From Balanoglossus misakiensis (Eukaryota > Animalia > Hemichordata), in contig CM082598.2 in the NCBI GenBank assembly GCA_040954595.2, positions 7,517,097 to 7,581,096 of the forward strand: a stretch of DNA of 64,000 nucleotides. The letters run 5' to 3'. The translations under genes and the position numbers were made by a program. The notes beneath the pieces were generated by a model that saw only the letters and a list, made by a program, of their open reading frames with translations, made no database searches and was not told the DNA's origin. This document shows, piece by piece, positions 50,666-63,385 of this stretch (position 1 is its first letter; each line of letters begins with the position of its first letter).

Positions 50666-53401
50666 AGGGTCTATGACATGCTTTAAAAAGTTTTCATTTT
50701 CCCCGTCAAAAGCTCACCTAGGGTACCTGTCTATGCATTGCCTATTTAGTCTGCACGATAGCCCCAACCTATGAATGCCGGGTAATATCCACAACAGAGG
50801 CATTATCCATGCGCGTAATTGAAAGTAAACAAAAGCCAGCGATATTGGCGAATTTAAGTTGCGGTTTTCTCGTAAACTAGAGAATGACTTTACTATTATG
50901 AGGATGGGAGGTGTCGACTGCATGTCTGACGAACGTTGTGCAGTAATTTGTTGCTAAATATACATTTTTCAAAACATTTTTTTTTCACTCTGAATTAAGG
51001 TTGCTAAAATTCCTTAATTTGAAGCATACTCGACTTTCAACATTTGTACTTTTTGGTCTAAAGACGGGATTGCCGATTTATGTGGATTAAACGTACCTCA
51101 GTATGAAAATAAACGAAAATCAGGTCAACTGGGTTCACTGAGCGCGCTTGCTGTCGGCAGAAATGTAGCCAATTTACGTTAGTCGATATTGGGCAAAATC
51201 CGAATATTTTGTCAATTTAGGGCAAAATTTTGGTCTTGGCGTCAACTCTGTGCAAAAAAAGCTGCAACTATCGTGTTCGGGAAGTCATGGACTGTCCAGT
51301 AAGCGGGTCCTACGATGCTGCCCGTTCTGTAGGAGTCCTCACCGCGTGACCAAATAAAGAGTACATTTTCCAGGGGATTTACAGGCCTCTCTTTGATATG
51401 TTGTACTCATATCGGCAATCTTGTATGAAAATTATGCCCTTCTGATATTACCTTTCATTCCAAAATAGTCAATTGTGCAGTCAAATGCTAAGATGTGCCC
51501 GTAGTATTATATAAATATGAGGAAAAATATAGAAAATGCTATTATTTTCGAGTCAATTTTGTTCGAACGTTTGAGCCATTAGGAGAGTGCAAACCCCTAC
51601 ACCCACACATGGTTTACTCCAGGGATCTTTTAGCTTCAAAATGCAACTCTCGGGTTGTCGCCTACCCAGATTTTGTTTTGAAACGCGCGAGTTTGAAGAC
51701 ATGCATAGAAAACCATTGATTGACACACGCCAGATTTCGGTCATGTGAGCATTTAGCGCCGCATTGTCCAATCCAGTTTTATTTTATTGAATGCAGCATG
51801 TCATTTGTCACTCCCCATAAAGTTTTGCGTTGGCAGATATGCCCCAATATGGTAAAAAATGGGTGTAAAAGTCAAGTCTGGTGACATGGCGGGAAATTCT
51901 CACGTGTGCAGATCAACTCAATAATAATGTCATGTGATACCATAGAGCTGCGTCTATTGGTGGAAAGTGGCAGGTCTGAGCGTCTGTCTACGTTAGATCA
52001 TTTGCTCATTCATGTGAGGCAGACTAATACAGAAGTATCTCATCGGTGTTCTTAGCTAATTGGACTTTAGTTCGGGTTGAATTTAGAGGTAAACGTATGG
52101 CAATGCATGTTTTTAATCACAGATCAGTCATAACTCTGCTTGTTTGGGCCATGTTTTTCATCTAAGCCTCCAGAACCGGGTCCACAGCCGCTGTTGTATA
52201 CGATCGATCGACAAGTGCGCGCAGTTACAAAGTAGGCGTTTTTGTCTAGGCTAGCTCCTACTCAGCGTTTTATTATCTCCATTCGTTTTTCTTCATTGGA
52301 GAGGAGAGTTAATTAGTTTCGATAGATAATTCTCTTGGTGTCATATCTATGGTGTTCCATGTAAACCATTTAGGATAAAAATAACATGTTCTAAAAATTC
52401 AGTATGTATGCATGCATTGAGTGGTTATTTGAGGAACCTATTCAAATCAGGTTCACAGTCATTTCTTTCATTTCATGGCAAGACCACGCCAAATAGAAGA
52501 ACAAAAATCAGAAAAAGTTTCAGATGTTCCAAGTATAACAGAAAGTGGGTCAGTGCGAGGACAAGAGTCCTTGAAATTGTCATGAATTTGACGGAAGTGT
52601 AAACCATTTGTGTGTAGGGTAGGCAAAATTAAGCGCATGGGTTGGTATGCGTACAGAGGTTGTCAGCGTTCGCAAATCATTGCGAAAATAATTAGTTTGC
52701 GCATAAAGTTTACAAATAATATCAATTTATGATAGAAACTGTTCACGCAATGTAAAAAATAATTGATCTTGATGCGTGAAAATTTGTGCCTACCCATGTA
52801 AAAAATGGTTTGTCAGACGATGACGAACATGCCAATAACTCGATAACAGCCAATCAAATCACTGGTACCAGACACGCCCTAATCGAGGGGTTATCGTGCA
52901 GACTGATTGTGTCGGTTCCGAAAAATGTGCGCGAATGCCGGAATTTGCCCCCTTTTTTCATGCCTGTGATCAGGGAGCCACTTCGCACTCGAGCCAGGCG
53001 AAGGTATTTGCATATGGACAAACAAGTACACTACGTCGTAGTGTACCATTCTGTTTACAGTAAAGTGTAATTAGCGGTCCATGAGTAATTAAGTCCACAG
53101 ACAAAGACAAGCTATATAAACAGTGTTCAAAGCAAAGGAAGCCCTTGCCTCACATTGCAGGCAGAGGATTTACAAAGGTGTGAAAGACTATTTGTCCACA
53201 TCAAGATAAGTCTTCGGCTTAACTTCGAAAAGCCGAAAAAATCGACTGAGTTGGGTTAGGGGTACACGCCCACTCGTCACTTTTACTTGCCTGTTATCTA
53301 AGCACAGAGGGTGATACGCAATGCCAGATAGTAACATACGTTAACTTCAAGACCCAAAGAGTGATTTTACGTGTGGTTGTATAGGGCATGTCATAGGCCC
53401 T
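50666..53401. mobile_element. Kolobok-type DNA transposon (2736 bp), no recognisable transposase
   Basis: TTAA TSD at 50662-50665 and 53402-53405. 16-bp TIR AGGGTCTATGACATGC / GCATGTCATAGGCCCT. It splits the right arm of the fold-back element, and the intact left arm shows the empty site. Confidence 0.88.
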
Positions 53402-53493
53402 TTAATAAACTACAATTTTGACCAGAACGGGCTCCCATAGTTATCAGTCATGGGTTTCAAATATTCACTGTACACATAATTGTGACAACTTAC

Positions 53494-53728
53494 TTGTTGA
53501 CTAAGTAAGAGATGTCCGAGTTGTTGAGTGTATATTGGCTGGCTATGCTTGCACTGCTTGTTGCTGTTGGGCTCTCTGTTGTTGTAATCTTTGTAATTGC
53601 TGTTGTTGTTGTCATCTTTGTGCTATGAGTTGATTTTGTCGTGCATGTTGATTTTGTTGTTGTTTCAATTCGAGTTCTTTTTTTTTCTGTGCCATCTCTA
53701 AATTCTTCTGCAGTGCTTGAATATTCCT
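53494..53728 (-). pseudogene. Exon-like segment: Gln-rich frame with three stops, alternative Thr-rich frame open
   Basis: Acceptor TTTCTTTGTTTGATCTTTTAG| and donor |GTAAGT. One frame reads RNIQALQKNLEMAQKKKELELKQQQNQHARQNQLIAQR*QQQQLQRLQQQRAQQQQAVQA*PANIHSTTRTSLT*ST. The other frame is ORF 53490..53774. Confidence 0.55.
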
Positions 53729-53984
53729 CTAAAAGATCAAACAAAGAAATGTGTAAACAGTCAAATATTGTCATCTATGTCAATCTACCAACAGGTAACT
53801 GACTACAGGAGCTTCAGCCAATCCAAGCTTTTCACCTGGGAGATTATTGAAATCAATTTAAAGCTCAGTAACTCCAACTTCGGGTTATTTTCTCAATACT
53901 TTTTTGGGGTATCAACTGTGGTTTCTTGTTCCACTTATCATGGAATTAATCATATTCAAATATTTGAAGGGATTAAAAAGTACA

Positions 53985-54495
53985 TACTGTAAAACACTTT
54001 AGTGCCTTTCACACGTGCCATCAACGCCGCCCCAGCAGCGGCCCTAGGGCGGCGTTAATTTGTAAGTGCCACGTGTGAAAAGGTGAGAGCGGCCCTGCGC
54101 CGCTCTTTTTCTGGGACGGTGTTGAGGGGTGGGACCTGGGTCGGGGCGCTGCACTAAACAGCGACTCAAATCACGTGTGAACATTGTGACCTTTAGCCAC
54201 GCTGCTGTGGACGCGCGTAGAGGGCGATGACCCTGTCCCTTTTATACACATGTGCATGCAAAAGTATTTGAGTCACTGATAAGAAATGTTTACCAAATTT
54301 TATAATCCCAAAAAGGGCGCCCTAACAATGGCACGTGTGCAAGCGGCTTTAATTTTTCGCGAGCAATAAATTTTCGCCAAATACGCAAGTGCCAAAATAG
54401 TGTAAAAATAAAGTGTCACGTAATTTTTTTTGAAGAGAACGATGCAGTGAATGAAATAAGAGAACGCGAAAATTTATACTCGCGAAACAGTGGCC
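53985..54495. mobile_element. Degenerate TA-CTGT (Tc1/mariner-type) MITE hosting a second insertion
   Basis: Starts TACTGTAAAACACTTT and resumes TTAATTTTTCGCGAG after the insertion. Internal TTTTCGCG/CGCGAAAA inverted motifs are present; the right end is eroded. Confidence 0.5.
54001..54348. mobile_element. GC-rich Harbinger-like MITE (~350 bp)
   Basis: Imperfect TIR AGTGCCTTTCACACGTGCCAT versus reverse complement AGCCGCTTGCACACGTGCCAT. TTA flanks both ends. CACGTGTG and GGGCG motifs repeat internally. Confidence 0.65.
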
Positions 54496-57400
54496 GCTCT
54501 CAATATAAGATCTGGAGTGCTGAGCAGTGTCTTACTATGTGTACTGATTGGTTGCAAAGAATACATATCAATAAGCAGGTCTTCTCCACCCGTCAAATAG
54601 TGTTTACCCATTGTACAAATTGCCAAAATGAAGATATATCCCAATATAGCTAATTTAATGGCCTGGAAGGAACATTTTAAGTCAAAAAATAGTGCCATGC
54701 ATGCAACAAGCATGTGTGTAAAGTGTGTCACCCACCAAGCACAAGGACGCATGAAATAACAAAATAATAACAAAACCAAACAGATTACAGGTAATATTAC
54801 ATATTAAGTGACACGACTTGACAATAGCCAAGTCAGGTACAAAGTGTAGAAGTTTTAATGGAGGGTTCCCGTACTGATTTTATGTTCTGTGCATACATCT
54901 GTAAGTGTTGCATCAACTGAATTTTGCATCAGCAGAATTGTTGGCATGGTATATTGTAAGAAGTAAAACAGACACTTTATTTCTTTCAGGGTATTTCAAC
55001 AGGCCTTTGTTATATGACATCACATTTTTAAGTGTTTGATTACCATACTACATAAGGTTGAATGTATTTTGCGAACCTGATCAGTGAACACATTTGGGTA
55101 TTAGCCTCCATAGACGCCAAAAGGCACATTTTTTCATGAGTTTTCCTTTAAACTTGAATTAATGCATATAAATAGGCTTATCAAATTTGATTGTGACGGT
55201 ACTTTGCAATTCGAAAGTCATCTGGATTAAAACGGTTCTACCGTTTTTATAGGGGTCCAGTTGACCTCCATGGTGAGTAAACAAGTATTGTGGTCATGAT
55301 AGTTCCAGCAGTGCAAATGTTGTGTACACTTCATGATAATAAATATGTTGCTCGGTTGACATAAAAGATTTATCCTTTGACAACCATGCTGCCTGTCAGA
55401 TGACCAGCCCAAGAAAATAGTGGTGAATTTAACATCACTGCGAGAACTCCAAACATTTTCATACAAGTAATCCGTTTCCGGTTGACCACAAATTCATGCA
55501 AATACAAGGTATGTCGCTTACAGGTATATAAGTTGAAACTTTAGGGATAATTATCATTTTTTTCAAACTGTACTACTAATAGTCCATGCAGATGTAGGCA
55601 CTATGTATACACGTATTTTTAACCCTAAATATGAGTGCATTTGCAAGTTTTAACCAGATAAATAATAAAGCTTTGCCATAAAGGAATATGGCTGCCACCG
55701 TGGGAAATGCAAGAAACAATGAAACGTTGCATTTCTGACTATTGAACTTCATAAACAAAACATGATTTCCTCCACTAGAACTCATGCAAGTAAATGTACA
55801 CCGCTGAGACATTAGATTTTCATTTTTCATTGCAAAATTGCACTTTTTAAAAAATACAGGAATTTTAGATTTTCTTTCATTTTTGGCCTGTTTTGTCATA
55901 CATAAGTGTTGATCTTGATATATTATGATATGTCATTTAATAGACATAATTAAAATCATATATAAGATTATTTAAAGCTTAATTTAAATGAATATTTCCT
56001 TTTTATGAAAAACTGACAATCTCGAGCAGGCAAACACTGAGACTGATTACAGTATGTAGAGGATGGGGACACAAAGTGCATCTGCATAAAGCAAGAAGAA
56101 TGCTTCAACATAACTGACACATCTGTTTAAACAGCCAATAAATGGAAGGGGATACTGCCCCCCCCCCCCCCTGAAGTCTTATTACTTGATCAAGTTTCCA
56201 AAACTCTGAGTCAGAGTCAAAATGACAATTTGTGCTTAATGTTTGTTTTGGATCAGCATTTTTCTGGTATTGGAGATGGTTTCAATCACAGCAACTGGAC
56301 AAAACTGGCCACGTTAATGTTTCCACAAAATCAACAGTCGATTCAAACTGAGAAAATTTGGTCACTGGGAAAAATGTTAGTGATGTCAAAATGTTATGTT
56401 TTAGCACCGATTATCGGATTGAATGAGCGTGCTGCATTTCATGCATTTATGATGGTTGTCTGCAAAGACTATTGGAGCACGTTTGCCAACAGGACTGTGG
56501 TCGAATCTATACTGGTACGTGTTTGTGTAAATTGCCTATATAACAGTTGACCAGCAGGGGTAGACACCCTTTGGACAGAATTTGAATTTTAAAGGCACAC
56601 AAGCTGCAAATTTTGGGATAGTTATAATAATTTTATCAAACAATTGAAAATAAAATAAATGTTTGCGTGTTGGTTGTTTACCATAACTGAAATTTTTGAC
56701 ATTTTCCTACGCGCTAAACAAAACTCTTTTTTTGTCCTTATCAGTAGCAGTGTGGCACCATTTCCTAGATAGACAGAAGCTCACCTCGTTGATAGCATTT
56801 GGGTGTATAACATTTCTCTGTTGTTGCTGGCTTATCTGTCAATAAGATAGGTTACATTTATCTTTAAGGGATTCATAAGTGGCTTTGACCTAAGACATCT
56901 TAACCCTATGACCTTTCATACAATGAGCAGTTGCCAAATTAACTTTCTCTCTGAACATTAATGTGACCAATCCAGACTGAACACTGTTCCATTCTACTAC
57001 GCAGAACAAACTAATCGCAAATTAACCCAGGAAGGGAAATGCTGACAAAATCTACACCTATCAGTAATTTTCAGACATCAAATCTTGTAACTGCATTTGT
57101 ATTTATACAATTTATTTGAATAATGCCTTTGTGGTTATCTGATGTCAATTATTTAATTGAAGAGTTGTTGTGTTGGAGTTAACTTGTGTGAATCGCTTGC
57201 CTTTCATTCTGACAGTCAATTATATTTTGAGGAAGCAGCTCCCACTTCTAGATTGAAAATATGAAATATTTAAAATACAATGTACAACACTATATCACAA
57301 GTCATCTTTTCACAAGAGGTGGGCCAAACCATACAGGAAACTGTGAACAATCATTCAATGCTTTGATATTTGGACTGACAATACCACTCTTTGGCACAAT

Positions 57401-59203
57401 ATTCAATTTCAAACATTTTTGAATACTGTAAACACATTGAATATCGCATGTATTAAATGTTGCTATTTTGTAATTTGGGCCAGTGAGTGAGCATTTCAAA
57501 AGAAATAAAAGTCATTATTTGTTCCTTGATTTGCGTATCATTTGATCACTGCAACCATACACATTCATTGACGAGAAGTGTCAAAACATCCACAGGTCTA
57601 TTCATTGAATGTGAGCTAGAAACAGAGATGTTACTAGTAATGTAATACAAAGACAGCAAATAGCAGCCGGGAAATCAAAGACTTGTTTCCTACAAAAAAA
57701 TCCAGCCGTGTCATGTTGCTGGAAAGTCTTTGTACTTCAATAACAATGCAGTCCAATTATGAAAGGGAAAGCTACGTACATGTCCTGTTTTAAACATTTG
57801 TTTGTACTATTTTGATATTCGCCATGTTAATATCACCACAAGCTAATATCCACACTACACACAACTGCAAGTTCACTGGCCTCAAGTCACTTGTGGATGT
57901 TGACACTAATACCCATTAAAACTTCCTATCTGGGAACATGTAAATGCACGCTACAGGAAAACAAACCAATAATTCAGAACACTCTTGTGACAGTCACAGA
58001 ACTTGTGAATTTTGTTACAAAAAGAGTTATCCTGAAAATTGAAATACACAACCTGACGACCATCACTGATTTTAGTCATGCTACCATCACTGAATAATGA
58101 ACTCAAACAAAAAATTGCTTAATATGCTGTTAAAAATATCAATGCAACAAAAACACCAATGATCGAGTCCAGTCATATATGTACATCAAGCAACATCAAC
58201 TGAAAGGCTACAGGCAGTATCGTCAATACACAGGTTGTTGTTGCTATGCTCAAGGCGTCAATGAATTGGTGGTCACATTTCATTGAACAATGAATGGGCA
58301 AGTGCTCACTCACTTCTTCAGTGAATTTCACTGTTTGTTTATCTTATCATAAAAACTTGGGCACCGCAGTCCTTTGGACAAAAATATTCATGTGTGGTGA
58401 TTTAAAATCAATAATGCAAGAAGCAGAATTAATCACAGAATTAACAGCCTCTGATTGAAAAGTACTAAATGCTTAATACGCCATATGCCACACACAGAGT
58501 GATCACATTAGTCAATTGGACCGCTGTTCCAAAGGAGTAAAATGATGGCAACGTTTTAATATTATATTTATTTTACAAAACGTTGCATCTGAGCTTTACT
58601 TTAAAGTACTTCCATTTACTTGTAGTACAAGTACACATCAGTTAACATTGACAGCTAGGCATGACGTCATAGATGTAGGACTTCAAAATTGACATTCTGA
58701 ACAGTGGGGGCGCTCTATCATAGTGGGTTTTAATGAACATGTGTATTTAATTTCATCACTCAGATTTGTCCATGGAAACTGTGTATTTTAACATATGCTT
58801 ATAGTTAATGCATTTGCTGTATCTAGTCATATAACAGTAATACACCATATATGTTCTTAACTCAATCAATGTGTGTGTGTAAGTTCAATTTCTGACCACA
58901 CTCAGATTACCCAAGTTAATGTGACCAACTCTACTGCAAGTATATAGATTTCAACTCCAGAAAACTAGTCACCTACAATAATTGAACTGGAGCCACATCC
59001 AAAACTTGTGCTTGAGATCTTTTATCAAATCAGTTCTCCTTTTAGAATTAGAACTCCTATGCAATTTTTGTGACAGAAGAAATAAAGAGATTCCCAGAAA
59101 GAATCCCAGTTCCCTTTTTAGAGGTCCAACATTACCATAGAAAACAACGGGTTTGGACTGAACCATGGTGGTGAAAGGGTTAAGCCAGAGCATGTATCAA
59201 AAT

Positions 59204-59258
59204 ACAGTAAAACCTGTCTCAACCGAACCCTGTCTAATCTGGAAACCTGTCTATTCCA
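59204..59258 (+). mobile_element. Orphan left end of a pogo/Tc1-type MITE
   Basis: TA-CAGTAAAACCTGTCT followed by repeated CCTGTCT subterminal motifs. No matching right TIR was found in the window. Confidence 0.4.
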
Positions 59259-59349
59259 AAGACATACTTACAAATCCTCCAGACATTATTCTGAAGAGAG
59301 ATCTGTATGCTTCCTGGCTGTTATTCATAAACTGGAACTCCACAGTACG

Positions 59350-62300
59350 TGAGTTGCGAAACATGGCACCAAGTGATTGCTGTGGGGGAAAAGATTGACA
59401 CCTACATAACTCACAGCATACAGCTGCATGTATGGTGACATAGACGAGAAATATATTCCCTAAGTGGGCAATGAGTTGCGAAACGTGGCACCAAGTGATT
59501 GTTGTGGGGGAAAAGATTGACACCTATATAACTCACAGCATACAGCTACATGTATGGTGACATAGACGAGAAATATATTCCCTATGTAGGCAATGAGTTG
59601 CGAAACGTGACACCAAGTGATTGTTGTGGGGGGAAAGATTGACACCTATATAACTCACAGCATACAGCTGCATGTATGGTGACATAGATGAGAAATATAT
59701 TCCCTATGGAGGCAATGAGTTGCGAAACATGGCACCAAGTGATTGTTGTGGGGGGAAAGATTGACACCTATATAACTCACAGCATACAGCTGCATGTATG
59801 GTGACATAGACGAGAAATATATTCCCTAAGTGGGCAATGAGTTGCGAAACGTGACACCAAGTGATTGTTGTGGGGGGATAGATTGACACCTATATAACTC
59901 ACAGCATACAGCTTCATGTAGCGTGACATAGACGAGAAATATATTCCCTAAGTGGGCAATGAGTTGCGAAACGTGGCACCAAGTGATTGTTGTGGGGGAA
60001 AAGATTGACACCTATATAACTCACAGCATACAGCTGCATGTATGGTGACATAGACGAGAAATTTATTCCCTATGGAGGCAATGAGTTGCGAAACGTGGCA
60101 CCAAGTGATTGTTGTGGGGGAAAAGATTGACACCTATATAACTCACAGCATACAGCTGCATGTATGGTGACATAGACGAGAAATATATTCCCTATGTAAG
60201 CAATGAGTTGCGAAACGTGGCACCAAGTGATTGTTGTGGGGGAAAAGATTGACACCTATATAACTCACAGCATACAGCTGCATGTATGGTGACATAGACG
60301 AGAAATTTATTCCCTATGTAGGCAATGAGTTGCGAAAAAATGCCACCAAGTGATTGTTGTGGGGGGAAAGATTGACACCTATATAACTCACAGCATACAG
60401 CTGCATGTATGGTGACATAGACGAGAAATATATTCCCTAAGTGGGCAATGAGTTGCGAAACGTGGCACCAAGTGATTGTTGTGGGAGGAAAGATTGACAC
60501 CTATATAACTCACAGCATACAGCTACATGTATGGTGACATAGACGAGAAATATATTCCCTAAGTGGGCAATGAGTTGCGAAACATGGCACCAAGTGATTG
60601 TTGTGGGGGGGGGGGGAAAGATTGACACCTATATAACTCACAGCATACAGCTGCATGTATGGTGACATAGACGAGAAATATATTCCCTAAGTGGGCAATG
60701 AGTTGCGAAATGTGACACCAAGTGATTGTTGTGGGGGAAAGATTGACACCTATATAACTCACAGCATACAGCAACATGTATGGTGACATAGACGAGAAAT
60801 ATATTCCCTAAGTGGCCAATGAGTTGCGAAACGTGACACCAAGTGATTGTTGTGGGGGGAAAGATTGACACCTATATAACTCACAGCATACAGCAACATG
60901 TATGGTGACATAGACGAGAAATATATTCCCTAAGTGGGCAATGAGTTGCGAAACGTGACACCAAGTGATTGTTGTGGGGGGAAAGATTGACACCTATATA
61001 ACTCACAGCATACAGCTGCATGTATGGTGACATAGACGAGAAATATATTCCCTAAGTAGGCAATGAGTTGTGAAACGTGGCACCAAGTGATTGTTGTGGG
61101 GGGAAAGATTGACACCTACATAACTCACAGCATACAGCTGCATGTATGGTGACATAGACAAGACATATATTCCCTAAGTGGGCAATGAGTTGCGAAACGT
61201 GGCACCAAGTGATTGTTGTGGGGGGAAAGATTGACACCTATATAACTCACAGCATACAGCTGCATGTATGGTGACATAGACGAGAAATATATTCCCTAAG
61301 TGGGCAATGAGTTGCGAAACGTGGCACCAAGTGATTGTTGTGGGGGGAAAGATTGACACCTACATAACTCACAGCATACAGCTGCATGTATGGTGACATA
61401 GACGAGAAATATATTCCCTAAGTAGGCAATGAGTTGTGAAACATGGCACCAAGTGATTGCTGTGGGGGAAAAGATTGACACCTACATAACTCACAGCATA
61501 CAGCTGCATGTATGGTGACATAGACGAGAAATATATTCCCTAAGTGGGCAATGAGTTGCGAAACGTGGCACCAAGTGATTGTTGTGGGGGGAAAGATTGA
61601 CACCTATATAACTCACAGCATACAGCTACATGTATGGTGACATAGATGAGAAATATATTCCCTATGTAAGCAATGAGTTGCGAAACATGGCACCAAGTGA
61701 TTGTTGTGGGGGAAAAGATTGACACCTAAATAACTCACAGCATACAGCTACATGTATGGTGACATTGACGAGAAATATATTCCCTAAGTGGGCAATGAGT
61801 TGCGAAACATGGCACCAAGTGATTGTTGTGGGGGGAAAGATTGACACCTACATAACTCACAGCATACAGCTGCATGTATGGTGACATAGACGAGAAATAT
61901 ATTCCCTAAGTAGGCAATGAGTTGTGAAACATGGCACCAAGTGATTGCTGTGGGGGAAAAGATTGACACCTACATAACTCACAGCATACAGCTGCATGTA
62001 TGGTGACATAGACGAGAAATATATTCCCTAAGTAGGCAATGAGTTGTGAAACATGGCACCAAGTGATTGTTGTGGGGGGAAAGATTGACACCTATATCTC
62101 ACAGCATACAGCTACATGTATGGTGACATAGACGAGAAATATATTCCCTAAGTAGGCAATGAGTTGTGAAACATGGCACCAAGTGATTGTTGTGGGGGGA
62201 AAGATTGACACCTATATAACTCACAGCATACAGCTGCATGTATGGTGACATAGATGAGAAATATATTCCCTAAGTGGGCAATGAGTTGCGAAACATGGCA

Positions 62301-63385
62301 CCAAGTGATTGTTGTGGGGGGAAAGATTGACACCTATATAACTCACAGCATACAGCTTCATGTATCGTGACATAGACGAGAAATATATTCCCTAAGTGGG
62401 CAATGAGTTGCGAAACATGGCACCAAGTGATTGTTGTGGGGGGGGGGGGAAAGATTGACACCTATATAACTCACAGCATACAGCGTCATGTATCGTGACA
62501 TAGACGAGAAATATATTCCCTAAGTGGGCAATGAGTTGTGAAACGTGGCACCAAGTGATTGTTGTGGGGGGAAAGATTGACACCTATATAACTCACAGCA
62601 TACAGCTTCATGTATCGTGACATAGACGAGAAATATATTCCCTAAGTGGGCAATGAGTTGCGAAACGTGGCACCAAGTGATTGTTGTGGGGGGAAAGATT
62701 GACACCTATATAACTCACAGCATACAGCTTCATGTATCGTGACATAGACGAGAAATATATTCCCTAAGTGGGCAATGAGTTGCGAAACGTGGCACCAAGT
62801 GATTGTTGTGGGGGAAAAGATTGACACCTATATAACTCACAGCATACAGCTTCATGTATCGTGACATAGACGAGAAATATATTCCCTAAGTGGGCAATGA
62901 GTTGCGAAACGTGGCACCAAGTGATTGTTGTGGGGGGAAAGATTGACACCTATATAACTCACAGCATACAGCTTCATGTATCGTGACATAGACGAGAAAT
63001 ATATTCCCTAAGTGGGCAATGAGTTGCGAAACGTGGCACCAAGTGATTGTTGTGGGGGGAAAGATTGACACCTATATAACTCACAGCATACAGCTTCATG
63101 TATCGTGACATAGACGAGAAATATATTCCCTAAGTGGGCAATGAGTTGCGAAACGTGGCACCAAGTGATTGTTGTGGGGGAAAAGATTGACACCTATATA
63201 ACTCACAGCATACAGCTACATGTATGGTGACATAGACGAGAAATATATTCCCTAAGTAGGCAATGAGTTGTGAAACATGGCACCAAGTGATTGTTGTGGG
63301 GGGAAAGATTGATACCTATATAACTCACAGCATACAGCTACATGTATGGTGACATAGACAAGACATATATTACCTAAGTGCGCAA
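59350..63385. repeat. 122-bp tandem satellite, about 33 copies
   Basis: Unit GAGTTGCGAAACGTGGCACCAAGTGATTGTTGTGGGGGGAAAGATTGACACCTATATAACTCACAGCATACAGCTGCATGTATGGTGACATAGACGAGAAATATATTCCCTAAGTGGGCAAT. The ORF track steps by exactly 122 bp. Confidence 0.97.

Larger units (their letters stand above)
47169..53439. mobile_element. Fold-back DNA transposon with ~525-bp TIRs; termini and TSD fit IS3EU; host of four nested insertions
   Basis: The left arm 47169-~47694 is the reverse complement of 50173-50665 plus 53406-53439. Termini are TATGGG...CCCATA. Flanks GGTATC (47163-47168) and GTTATC (53440-53445) form a 6-bp TSD with 1 mismatch. Confidence 0.85.

Noticed and set aside
50666-53401. Autonomous Kolobok transposase or THAP gene
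   Set aside because: Only short ORFs (under 100 aa), with no DDE or THAP motif that I can recognise.
56589-57260. Possible TTAA-AGG (Kolobok-like) element starting TTAAAGGCACACAAGCTGC
   Set aside because: No convincing right TIR or second TTAA was found.
59251-63193. Chain of 61-aa minus-strand ORFs resembling a tandem peptide family
   Set aside because: The 122-bp period shifts frame with every unit, so the overlapping ORFs are a mathematical result of the repeat.
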